This document shows positions 1 to 8,433 of a DNA stretch of 64,000 bases, piece by piece. Position numbers and translations under genes: made by a program. Origin of the DNA: an uncultured Chloroflexia bacterium. GTDB taxonomy: Bacteria > Chloroflexota > Limnocylindria > Limnocylindrales > CSP1-4. The notes under the pieces were generated by a model, which made no database searches, was not told the origin of the DNA, and saw only the letters and a program-made list of their open reading frames with translations. Each line of letters begins with the position of its first letter. Positions within the stretch are counted from its first letter, which is position 1. The stretch is taken from contig CAVUZY010000004.1 of NCBI GenBank assembly GCA_963746075.1, positions 663,848 to 727,847 of the forward strand, in the 5' to 3' direction.

Positions 1-225
1 AACGATCGTCCTGATCGGCTCCTCGGGCCGTATCTCCCAGCGCTGGAAGCGCCCGGTGGGCGCAGACTTCGCGTCCAGAAGCCGTCTGCGAAACCGATCG
101 AGAATGCTTGGAGCCGTAGCGTCTAGGAAATCGTGCGAGATTCCTCCAAACGAAGTGAGTTCCTCATCGCATTCGTTGAACGAAAAAACGAGACGCCCAT
201 CGGGAACGATAGGAGCTGCGGTCAT
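1..225 (-). CDS. hypothetical protein, 5' end only (continues beyond the window start); start ATG at 225-223 overlaps the upstream gene's stop as ATGA
   Basis: Reverse-complement reading from 225 gives MTAAPIVPDGRLVFSFNECDEELTSFGGISHDFLDATAPSILDRFRRRLLDAKSAPTGRFQRWEIRPEEPIRTIV with no stop to position 1. The ATGA overlap with the stop of 222..1325 suggests translational coupling. It is missing from the ORF track because it has no in-window stop. It lies in the low-GC block. Confidence 0.4.
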   Translation of the reverse strand, partial: MTAAPIVPDGRLVFSFNECDEELTSFGGISHDFLDATAPSILDRFRRRLLDAKSAPTGRFQRWEIRPEEPIRTIV

Positions 226-1325
226 AGAAGGTACAGATCTTGCTCGAGGGTTATGGCCCGTAGGAGTTCAGACTCTCGAACCGCAGTCTTCAGGCCCCAC
301 GCCTGGTCGGCATACGGCGGCCAGTCGTCGGGCTGCAGCCGAACGCAGTCGTCCGCTGGCACCAAGGATTTGCCGCGCGCGAAGTCCTCGCCGATAACCT
401 CTACGGGATTGGCGACACCGACCGCCACCAAAGGCGTCCCCAGCGTCGAGGAGGCAAAGTTCTGGACGATCACAGGGTCATCCGACATGCCGTCCGTGCT
501 TGTGAAAAGCACGGACTCGATTCCTGCGCGCCACCAGCGGCGCCCCAGAAATTCGGCCAGGATCCCTTCGTACGACGCCTCCGTGAACGCACCTTGCCGA
601 ACGGCCAAGGCGCCTTGAAGGGAATCTGGGTCGACGCGTAGCCGGGCGGCCAGTTGCATATCGTCCAAGAGAAAGCACGGATACGGAAGGATCCGATGAA
701 GCAGCCAGCGGACGAACGACAACCCGTGTGATCCGGCTGCCAGCTCGTGGATTGGAGCACGACATTCCTGAACGTCGCGCCAAGCGCGCTCCAACCAAGA
801 TTGGTCGCCGAGGCCCAGAAGAGCTTTAGCTTCGGTCTCGGATGCTGCCTCTGTCCAGATCTCGGGCAAGCGAGCGACCGCGCGGGCCAGGCTAGATATC
901 GCGATGACCAACTCTTCGACTGGCCGGCCAACCTTGGGGAATACCCACTCCAGGTCCAGTCCGCGGGCTAGAGCATGTTCCCGAATCTCCCGCGGGATCT
1001 CCTCACCGAGATCACCGATGTGGCCCGTGTGTATCGCGACGGCCAACGGCCTGGTTCGTGCTGTGAGCCGGCTCCGGGATCTCAATGCTGAGGCAAGCGC
1101 CACTCCGTTTGCGGGCAAGAAGGTCGGCTGCGTCTCCATTCCGACAAGCCAAGAGTCAAGCCGGTAGTCCACAAGCATGAGGTCCGCGGACTCAAGATCG
1201 GCCGTCGACACTTCGTCCGGGGCTCGGACCTCGGCTGCGCCATCGACGCCAAGGAGGGCCCCTAGGGTCTCAACTTGGTCGCGCTCGTCATCCACGACCA
1301 AGACTGCATAGTTCAAGTCCGCCAT
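222..1325 (-). CDS. response-regulator receiver (REC) domain protein with an uncharacterised ~250-aa C-terminal domain
   Basis: The N-terminus reads VLVVDDERDQVETLGALL...LMLVDYRLDS, a CheY-like acidic pocket with the phospho-acceptor Asp in LVDYRL. The C-terminal 250 aa has no motif I recognise. The start overlaps the upstream GHKL/HK gene by 13 bp and the stop overlaps the next gene as ATGA. Local GC is lower. Confidence 0.7.
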   Translation of the reverse strand: MADLNYAVLVVDDERDQVETLGALLGVDGAAEVRAPDEVSTADLESADLMLVDYRLDSWLVGMETQPTFLPANGVALASALRSRSRLTARTRPLAVAIHTGHIGDLGEEIPREIREHALARGLDLEWVFPKVGRPVEELVIAISSLARAVARLPEIWTEAASETEAKALLGLGDQSWLERAWRDVQECRAPIHELAAGSHGLSFVRWLLHRILPYPCFLLDDMQLAARLRVDPDSLQGALAVRQGAFTEASYEGILAEFLGRRWWRAGIESVLFTSTDGMSDDPVIVQNFASSTLGTPLVAVGVANPVEVIGEDFARGKSLVPADDCVRLQPDDWPPYADQAWGLKTAVRESELLRAITLEQDLYLL

Positions 1326-3532
1326 CGGACTTCGATTGCGGTCGACATACCCTGAGAGGGGGCCACAAACTCAATCGTTCCGCCGTAGTCGAGGACTATC
1401 CGTCTGCTGATGGGCAGCCCCATCCCCATTCCTTGCCCCAGAACCGGATCTGCGTCGTTTGAAGACGACTCGAACGGACGAAACCAACGCTCAGAGTCTT
1501 GAAGGTCGACTGCGTCGCCGCTGTTTTCGACCCGCAACACTAGCGGCTGGCCAGAGCCGCGGATGGAGATCCGGCCGCCGCTGCCCGCAGCTTTGACGGC
1601 GTTTGAGAGCAAATTCACGAGTAGAGCCACGAATTCTGCACGGAAGATCGGTGGCGTTGTCGCATCATCGGAAATGTCAGATGAGACGGTGATTCCTCGG
1701 GCACCGATCGATGGCGAAAGCAGGTCCATGACCGATTCGACGCGCTCTCGAACAGGCTGCCGCGACCTACGCCGCCGAGCATCCGTCGCCAGAACGTCAA
1801 CGAGGTATGACGCTTGGCGATCGAGGCCTTGACGCAGCGAGGTAACTGTTCGGTGAAGAGCCTGCAATTGACGGCGTACAGCGAGGTCTTCCGTCGTCCG
1901 AAGCGTAAGTGCATCGAGGGCCGCCTCTGCCGCCTCGGCAGCCGCTACCAATCCGCGAACCTCGTGAACGAATGCGGCCATTTGGGTGCCGACCGATGCT
2001 AGTACGCGGAGCATGCTCGTCTCCGTCATAAGGCCACTAAGTTGAGTGTCCGCCTCGATCAATAGTCCGCTCGCGCGCCCAACACCCCCCCGTGCCTCAA
2101 CGGTGGCGCCGCGCGACAGAAGCGATCCCACAGAGTCGACTTCTGCCCGCGCCGCATCAATGGTCCGCCGCAGTTTGGCCGCGGAAGTCAGCTCCGGCGC
2201 GGGTTTCTCAGGCTTCTCCGGTCGCGGCGCTGCTGAGCGCACTCGAACGGAGAGAGATACAGCGCGACGCATAGCCTCCGCTAAACCATGAAAGACAGCA
2301 TCGGGGACAAACCCCTCACGATTCACAAGCATTCGTAGGGAGCTCGAGCGATTCTCCGTCAGGAACACGGCTCCGAAGTACCCGGCATTCGGCAGATTTC
2401 GGAGCGCAGCATCTTCGTCCACGGCCTCCTCTTCCACGCCCTCACCGAACTCGAACACTCGGCTTCGGCGGGCGTAGTCAGAGTCAAGCGAAAGCCAGTC
2501 GTTGCTTCGTTCTCCGTACGGCAGCACACGAAAGCCTTCGAGGAACACGCGCACCCCTGCGACGCGTGATGCCCATTGCGCTATCGCCGCCGGTACGGCA
2601 AGCCGGCCTTCGCGGATCAGGACTCGCGCTTGGAATTGGGGTCCCACCCACTCCAAATCATTCTCGAATTCGATAATTCGCCGTTCGGCGCCAGGCCTTC
2701 GCTCGCTTGTCAGGACGGTCGGTGCAATCCCAACCGTGGTTGAGGTTCGAGTCGCGTCGACCTCTACTACCCAGCTACTGGCTTCGGCGACGGTTTGCCA
2801 GTAGTCCTCGCCCGGAGTCAAGTCGCCTTCAAGATGCACCGCGAACCCAGGGTCTGTGACGGAACTGTCCCTAACAGTTGGCTCGTCAAATAGGAGAGGC
2901 CGAGCAAGCACGGATCTTGGGAGCCCCTTCATCAGCACCGGCGGTGGCGAGAACGTCTCCACCTCTGCGAGGAATCGTGCGCGTTCGGCCCCTGTCCAGG
3001 CTTTTCTCAGACGTCGAAGCGTGATGGTCGTCCCGTGGTCTGAATTCGACTGGAGGGCGCGAACAGAGATTGAGTCCGATCCCGAAACGTCGTCAAGCGT
3101 TTCGAATCTCTCAATTGCGTCCCAGTCAATGGATGCAAGCACGCCGATGTCGTCCGCACGCCCTTCCAAGTCCGGCGTCGACTGAACCTCAAGAAGGGCA
3201 GCAAGCTTGTGGGCCGCCAAGCGACCTATTCCCTTCGCGCCCGTATATCGGCGCTCAAACTTCTTCGATCGCCTCGTGCCGCTTTCTTTGGTGCGCGAGG
3301 CGATTCGGAGAAACCCCTCTTCGAATTGCAGCTCCGTCATGCCAGTGCCGTCATCTGTGAGGCGCACGAATCCATGCCCCACATCCTGGAGCTGGTCCGC
3401 GTATACGACGACTCGGGTAGCGTCGGCGTCGTAGGCGTTCTTGATCAGCTCGACGAGCGCGGTGGAATCACGTCCGACCAAGAGCTCGCCGAGTTCGCGG
3501 AAGAGGTGCGTGTCGACTGAGAACTTGGGCAT
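1313..3532 (-). CDS. dual-ATPase sensor kinase-like protein: N-terminal GHKL/MORC-type (HATPase_c_3-like) ATPase plus C-terminal histidine-kinase core (HisKA-like H-box plus HATPase_c)
   Basis: N-terminal Bergerat motifs: ELIKNAYDADATRV (N-box), DDGTGM (G1), GAKGIGRL (G2). C-terminal H-box FVHEVRGLV, N-box LLVNLLSNAVKAAG, G1 VENSGDAVD, G2 GQGMGMGL. It is a single 739-aa ORF with no frameshift. GC here is ~58% against ~72% elsewhere. Confidence 0.7.
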   Translation of the reverse strand: MPKFSVDTHLFRELGELLVGRDSTALVELIKNAYDADATRVVVYADQLQDVGHGFVRLTDDGTGMTELQFEEGFLRIASRTKESGTRRSKKFERRYTGAKGIGRLAAHKLAALLEVQSTPDLEGRADDIGVLASIDWDAIERFETLDDVSGSDSISVRALQSNSDHGTTITLRRLRKAWTGAERARFLAEVETFSPPPVLMKGLPRSVLARPLLFDEPTVRDSSVTDPGFAVHLEGDLTPGEDYWQTVAEASSWVVEVDATRTSTTVGIAPTVLTSERRPGAERRIIEFENDLEWVGPQFQARVLIREGRLAVPAAIAQWASRVAGVRVFLEGFRVLPYGERSNDWLSLDSDYARRSRVFEFGEGVEEEAVDEDAALRNLPNAGYFGAVFLTENRSSSLRMLVNREGFVPDAVFHGLAEAMRRAVSLSVRVRSAAPRPEKPEKPAPELTSAAKLRRTIDAARAEVDSVGSLLSRGATVEARGGVGRASGLLIEADTQLSGLMTETSMLRVLASVGTQMAAFVHEVRGLVAAAEAAEAALDALTLRTTEDLAVRRQLQALHRTVTSLRQGLDRQASYLVDVLATDARRRRSRQPVRERVESVMDLLSPSIGARGITVSSDISDDATTPPIFRAEFVALLVNLLSNAVKAAGSGGRISIRGSGQPLVLRVENSGDAVDLQDSERWFRPFESSSNDADPVLGQGMGMGLPISRRIVLDYGGTIEFVAPSQGMSTAIEVRWRT

Positions 3533-3614
3533 GGGACCCCACGTTCGCGAAAGTCGAGTCCAAAGTCAACGAACCGGCCTCGCAGCCGGCTCGTTGCTTG
3601 TCTCTAACGTCGGG

Positions 3615-6600
3615 TCAGCTGCAGCCGCTCGTGGAGCCGCAGTTCAGGCACTTGTAGCAAGAGCCGTTGCGGACCATGATCGAGCCGCATTCGGCGCAGC
3701 TCGGGGCGTCCTCCTGGATCTTGAAGGCGACGTTCGCCTTGCCGAGCGACAGCGTCACCGTCGACCCGTTCCCATTCGACGCCTTCGCCGGCGCCGCGTG
3801 CCCATTGGTCGCAATGACCGCCAGCTCCCACTGGTCGCACCGACGTTGGCGTGGCCGCGGGCACGGCCGGAGAGCTGGCAGCGGCCGTCGCCGCGTCCTT
3901 CACAGCGGTAGCCGTGTCCACGGCGACGCTCGCCTTGGGAGCGTCACTTGGTTGCCGAGTGCCGTCCCGCGGTTCGGCCGTAGGCCGGTCGGGCTGAGTG
4001 GTCGATTGGACCTGAGCCGCAGCGAGAGGTCCGCCCGACCCGAAGCCCGAACCGGCCGAGAGGCCGAACGCGGGACTCTCGGAGCTCGAGGCACGCTCCT
4101 GCAGACCGAGCGCCGCCTTGTCGTCGGGACCGAGGAACCTGGACCCGAGCCACCGGAAGATGTAGTCGATGATCGACTTGGCGATCGGGATTTCCTGGTT
4201 GCCCGTGAACCCACTCGGCTCGAACCGAACGTGGGCGAACTTGTTCACGAGGTCGCGCAGCGGCACGCCGTACTGGAGCGCCACCGACACGGTCGTCGCG
4301 AAGCGAGTCCATCAGCCCCGAGACCGTCGAGCCTTCCTTCGCCATCTTCAGGAAGATCTCGCCGGGCTGGCCGTCCGGGTAGAGCCCGACGGTGATGTAG
4401 CCCTCGTGCCCCGCGATGTCGAACTTGTGGGTGACCGCGGTCCGCTCCGACGGGAGCCGCCGGCGATGGGGGAGGGCAGCCTCGGCCTGGGCCTTCTGAA
4501 GGTCCTTCTTCAGCTTCGCGACGACCTCGCTGTCGACGATGTCGCCGTCCTTCTTCTTGCCGGTCGAGAGCGGCTGCGAGCGCTTGGAGTTGTCGCGGTA
4601 GACCGCGATCGCCTTCAGGCCGAGCTTCCAGCCCTCGAGGTAGACCTTCTCGATCTCCTCGGCGGTGGCCGCCTCGGGCATGTTGACGGTCTTGCTGATC
4701 GCGCCCGAGATGAACGGCTGGATCGCGCCCATCATCCGGACGTGGCCCATGTAGTGGATCGAGCGCTCGCCGTTGACCGGCTTGAACGCGCAGTCGAAGA
4801 CCGACAGGTGCTGCGGCTTGACGTGCGGCGCGCCCTCGATCGTCTCGCGATCGTTGATGTAGGCGAGGATCTCCTCGACCTGCGTGGCGTCGTAGCCGAG
4901 CTTGCGGAGGGCTGACGGGACCGTCTGGTTGACGATCTTCAGGAAGCCCTCGCCGACGAGCTTCTTGTACTTGATCAGGGCGATGTCCGGCTCGACCCCG
5001 GTCGTGTCGCAATCCATCATGAACGCGATCGTGCCGGTCGGCGCCAGGACGGTGACCTGGGCGTTGCGGTAGCCGTGGACCTCGCCGAGCTCGAGCGCCT
5101 CGTCGTAGACGGCGCGCGCGGCCGCGATCATGTCCTTGGGCACGGCCTGGTCGGCCGGGATCTTGTAGGCCGCGTCGCGGTGCTTGTTGATCACCCGCAG
5201 GAACGGGGTCCGGTTCTCGTCATAGGCGAAGAACGGGCCGCCGTGATCGCGGGCGATGATGCTCGACTGCTTGTACGCCTCGCCGTGCATGATCGCGGTC
5301 AGGGCGGCGGCGTAGTTCCGGCCCTCGTCCGAGTCGTACGCGAGGCCACGGCTCATCAGCAGCGCGCCGAGGTTGGCGTAGCCGAGGCCGAGCGGGCGGA
5401 ACTTGTGCGAGTTCTCCTCGATCCGCGGCGTCGGGTACGACGCGTTGTCGACGAGGATCTCCTGGGCGGTGAGCGTCACCTTGGCGGCGAAGCGATACGA
5501 CTCGACGTCGAACTCGCCGTCCGCGTCGACGAACTTCATCAGGTTGAGCGACGCCAGGTTGCACGCGGTGTCGTTCAGGAACATGTACTCGGAGCACGGG
5601 TTCGACGCGTGGATCCGGTCCGTGTTCGCGGACGTGTGCCAGTCGTTGATCGTCGTGTCGTACTGGATGCCGGGGTCGCCGCAGACGTGGGCCGCCTCGG
5701 CCATCTTGCGGAACAGGTCGCGAGCCTTGTAGGTGTCCATCGGCTTGCCATCGACGACGGCGTGGGTGGTCCACTCCTTGTCGTCGACGACGGCCTGCAT
5801 GAACGCGTCGGTCACGCGGACGCTGTGGTTGGCGTTCTGGAAGGCGACCGAGCCGTAGGCCTCGCCGGTGAAGCTCGGGTCGTAGCCGGCCTCGATCAGG
5901 GCCCAGGCCTTCTTCTCCTCGTTGAGCTTCGAGTCGATGAAGTCGACGACGTCCGGATGGCCGGCATCGAGGATGACCATCTTGGCCGCGCGGCGGGTCT
6001 TGCCGCCCGACTTCACGACGCCGGCGAAGGCGTCGTAGCCGCGCATGAAGGAGACGGGGCCGCGAGGCGGTGCCGCCGCCGGTCATCTTCTCGCGCGAGC
6101 TCCGGATGGTGCTCAGGTTGCTGCCGGCGCCCGAGCCGAACTTGAACAGCATCGCCTCGGTCTTGGCGAGGTCCATGATCGAGGACATCGTGTCCTGGAC
6201 GCTGTTGATGAAGCAGGCGCTGCACTGCGGGCGCGCCTCGATGCCGACGTTGAACCAGACCGGCGAGTTGAAGCTCATCTTCTGGTGGACGAGAAGATGG
6301 GTCAGCTCGGCCTGGAACGTCTGGAGGTCCGCGTCGGTCGCGAAGTAGTGCTGCGTCTCGGCCCAGCCGGCGATCGTGAGGACGACCCGATCGATCAGCT
6401 GGCGGACGCTCGTCTCGCGCTCCGGCGTGCCGAGGTGGCCGCGGAAGTACTTGCTGACGACGACGTTCGTCGCGAGCTGCGACCAGAAGTTCGGGACCTC
6501 GACGTCCTTCTGCTCGAAGACGAGCTTGCCCGACTCGTTGCCGATGGCGGCGGTCCGCTGCTCCCAGGTGATCTCGTCGTAGGGATGGACGCCGGGCGTG

Positions 6601-6779
6601 GTCCAGCGGCGCTCGAAGGTGAGGCCGGTGGCCTGGTGGCCGTGACCGTCGGTTCCGTCGAAGCTGGCGCCGTACGGGCCGCTCAGCTGGCGGAGCGCGG
6701 TCGCCGCGGCCTTCTTCGCCTTGGTCGTCCCTGTGTCGCGGTCCATCACCGGGGTCGCGTCGCCGCTCTGTCGGGCCAT
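3615..6779 (-). CDS. nrdJ: vitamin B12-dependent (class II) ribonucleotide reductase NrdJ, reading frame broken by at least 3 single-base frameshifts (likely assembly indels)
   Basis: The N-terminal piece (ORF 5220..6779) reads GLTFERRWTTPGVHPYDEITWEQR...FGSGAGSNLSTIRSSREKMTGGG and then turns to nonsense. The middle piece (ORF 3944..6046) reads MRGYDAFAGVVKSGGKTRRAAKMVILDAGHPDVVDF...NPCSEYMFLNDTACNLASLNL...MAKEGSTVSGLMDS. The third piece (ORF 3604..4290) reads SVALQYGVPLRDLVNKFAHVRFEPSGFTG. The true C-terminus in a third frame ends SCAECGSIMVRNGSCYKCLNCGSTSGCS with stop TGA at 3615-3617, a typical NrdJ zinc-ribbon tail. Confidence 0.85.
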
Positions 6780-7025
6780 CGTGTCGGTTCCTCCACCGTG
6801 TCACCGAGCGGTCCGGGTTCTCCGTCCGGATCGCTCGTTCTCAGGCCGCTTGCCCCGCCGCTGCGGTAGCTGCGACCACCTCCCTGTTGCGATCGCTTCG
6901 GAGGGCCGTTCCTGGGTCCATCGAGGCCGGCGGGCATGGCCGGCGGACGGTCCTGAGGGGCGGCGCGGAGCGATCAGCGCGAGGCTCCAGCGTACGCCTG
7001 GGGGAGGGGGCAGTCAAGCCCCAAA

Positions 7026-7073
7026 CCACAAGATGTAGTGGTTGCTCGCTCGTGCGCACCGCAACATGTGGTG
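7026..7073 (-). promoter_or_regulatory. two NrdR-box-like imperfect palindromes in the nrdJ upstream region, centres ~31.5 bp apart
   Basis: ccacaagatgtagtgg (7026-7041) and caccgcaacatgtggtg (7057-7073). On the nrdJ strand these read ccACtAcATcTtGtgg and caccAcATgTtGcggtg, compared with the NrdR consensus acaCwAtATaTwGtgt. They sit 250-300 bp upstream of the nrdJ start. Confidence 0.4.
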
Positions 7074-7121
7074 ACGAGCGTCGATTGCCGTCATCCACGC
7101 TCAGTGCACGATCGGGGGGTG

Positions 7122-7197
7122 GGTTGCCCACGGTGGCGGGGTGGTTGTCCACGGTCGTTGGGTAGGTTGTCCACCGGCTCGGTGGCGGTTGTCCACG
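7122..7197. repeat. four direct repeats of GGTTG(C/T)CCAC at 21-23 bp spacing (iteron or operator-like array)
   Basis: ggttgcccac 7122-7131, ggttgtccac 7143-7152, ggttgtccac 7165-7174, ggttgtccac 7188-7197. The array lies in the non-coding region between nrdJ and the XRE-family regulator gene. Confidence 0.6.
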
Positions 7198-7204
7198 CCA
7201 TGAT

Positions 7205-7224
7205 AACCGAACATGTGTTCGGTT
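7205..7224. promoter_or_regulatory. perfect 8-bp inverted repeat AACCGAAC-ATGT-GTTCGGTT (candidate dimeric-regulator operator)
   Basis: Read directly: aaccgaac atgt gttcggtt. It sits 7 bp after the last GGTTGTCCAC repeat and ~350 bp upstream of the HTH regulator gene. Confidence 0.5.
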
Positions 7225-7273
7225 GCGGCGCTGCGGCCAGGGCCGCTGCCCGAGGCAACCGGCCAGGCAGTCA

Positions 7274-7540
7274 CCCCGGGACTCGGCGGCGCAGTCGCGC
7301 GCGGGGATCGCGCCAATACGCCGCCGGCGCCGCTCGGGACCGCGCCACGCAGTCCCCAGGTGAATGCCTGGCCGGATCGTGTCGCCGAGCGGGCGCGGCG
7401 CCGGCTCCGAGCCTGTCCAACTGGCCACATCGTCCCCCCGGGACTCCGTGGCGCGGTCGCGTGCGCGCCCAGGGACGAGAGCGACGCCGATGGAGCGTGC
7501 GACCGCGCCCCGCAGTCCTCGCCCGCGTGAATGGCCAGAT
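7274..7540. repeat. two degenerate ~95-105 bp direct repeats, ~70% identical, 173 bp apart
   Basis: Copy 1 (7274-7376) and copy 2 (7447-7540) both begin ccccgggactc(g/c)g(c/t)ggcgc(a/g)gtcgcg(c/t)gcg and share gaccgcgcc(a/c)cgcagtcc and gtgaatg(c)c. They lie in the non-coding leader of the XRE regulator gene. Confidence 0.5.
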
Positions 7541-7578
7541 ATGCCCGGGTGAAGCGGCGTGGTCCAGGCTTCTGGCCC

Positions 7579-8289
7579 ATGGACGATCAGCGACTCGGCG
7601 CAGTGATCCGTCGCGTTCGCCTCCGGGCCGGTCGCACCCAGGCCGGCGTCGCTCAGGCAGCGGGCGTGTCGCAGTCGACGGTGTCGAGGGTCGAGCGCGG
7701 GCATCTCGGTCCGCTCCAGCTCGAGACGATCCGCTCCATCGGCGCTGCGGTGGAGGTCCGCATCGACCTGATTCCTCGATGGCGCGGCGCCGATCTCGAT
7801 CGCCTGCTCGGTGCGGCCCACGCTGCACTGCACCGCTCGGTGGCTGAGTCCCTAGCGGGACACCGCGATTGGACGTTCCGGCCGGAGGTCTCGTTCTCGA
7901 TCTGGGGCGAACGCGGCATCATCGACATCCTCGCCTGGCACGCCAAGCGCAAGGTGCTGCTCGTGATCGAACTCAAGACCGAGGTCGTCGACCTGAACGA
8001 GCTGCTCGGCACGCTCGACCGGAAGGTTCGGCTCGGACCGGAGATCGCGCGAGCACAGGGATGGGCCGTGCCGCCCGGTGCGCGTGTCTCGGCCTGGGTG
8101 ATCGTCAGCGACGGACGGACGAACCGACGACGGATCCATGCCCACGCGGCCATGATCCGCGCCGCCCTGCCGGACGACGGCCGAGCCATTGCGGGTTGGC
8201 TGGGGCGACCCCGACGGAACCTGCGCTGCCTGAGCTTCTGGTCAGCGATGCCGCCCCGGCATCAGCGGCCAGGTCGTACGCGGGCGTAG
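7579..8289 (+). CDS. XRE-family helix-turn-helix transcriptional regulator with a C-terminal uncharacterised domain
   Basis: HTH segment RLRAGRTQAGVAQAAGVSQSTVSRVERG. ORF 7531..8289; the probable start is MDDQRLG at 7579. The C-terminal domain (WTFRPEVSFSIWGERGIIDILAWHAKRKVLLVIELKTEVVDLNELLGTLDRK) is unrecognised. Confidence 0.6.
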   Translation: MDDQRLGAVIRRVRLRAGRTQAGVAQAAGVSQSTVSRVERGHLGPLQLETIRSIGAAVEVRIDLIPRWRGADLDRLLGAAHAALHRSVAESLAGHRDWTFRPEVSFSIWGERGIIDILAWHAKRKVLLVIELKTEVVDLNELLGTLDRKVRLGPEIARAQGWAVPPGARVSAWVIVSDGRTNRRRIHAHAAMIRAALPDDGRAIAGWLGRPRRNLRCLSFWSAMPPRHQRPGRTRA

Positions 8290-8433
8290 GCCGGGATCCC
8301 GAGTCGACCACGCTCACGATTGGGCCCAGCAGTCCCCGGGAGGGTCGGTGGCCTGGTTGCCATGGACGCCGGGAGCGAGGTCGCGGCGGGACCGACCGCC
8401 GCCGCGATCGAGGAACGCCGGGACCGCCGCGCT

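Noticed and set aside
3604-4290. Treating the three nrdJ ORF fragments (3604..4290, 3944..6046, 5220..6779) as separate genes, or nrdJ as a pseudogene
   Set aside because: The fragments are collinear pieces of one NrdJ joined by single-base shifts. Essential genes elsewhere show the same artefact, so an assembly error is the simpler explanation.
6780-7025. Cobalamin riboswitch upstream of nrdJ
   Set aside because: No B12-box-like conserved core was seen. Class II RNR genes are expected to be NrdR-regulated, and candidate NrdR boxes are present instead.
6841-7833. 330-aa minus-strand ORF, and the overlapping plus ORFs 7038..7847 and 7213..7530, across the nrdJ–regulator intergenic region
   Set aside because: The translations are Arg/Pro/Gly-rich low-complexity with no motifs, typical of spurious ORFs in >70% GC DNA. 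The region is better explained by the repeat and palindrome elements described.
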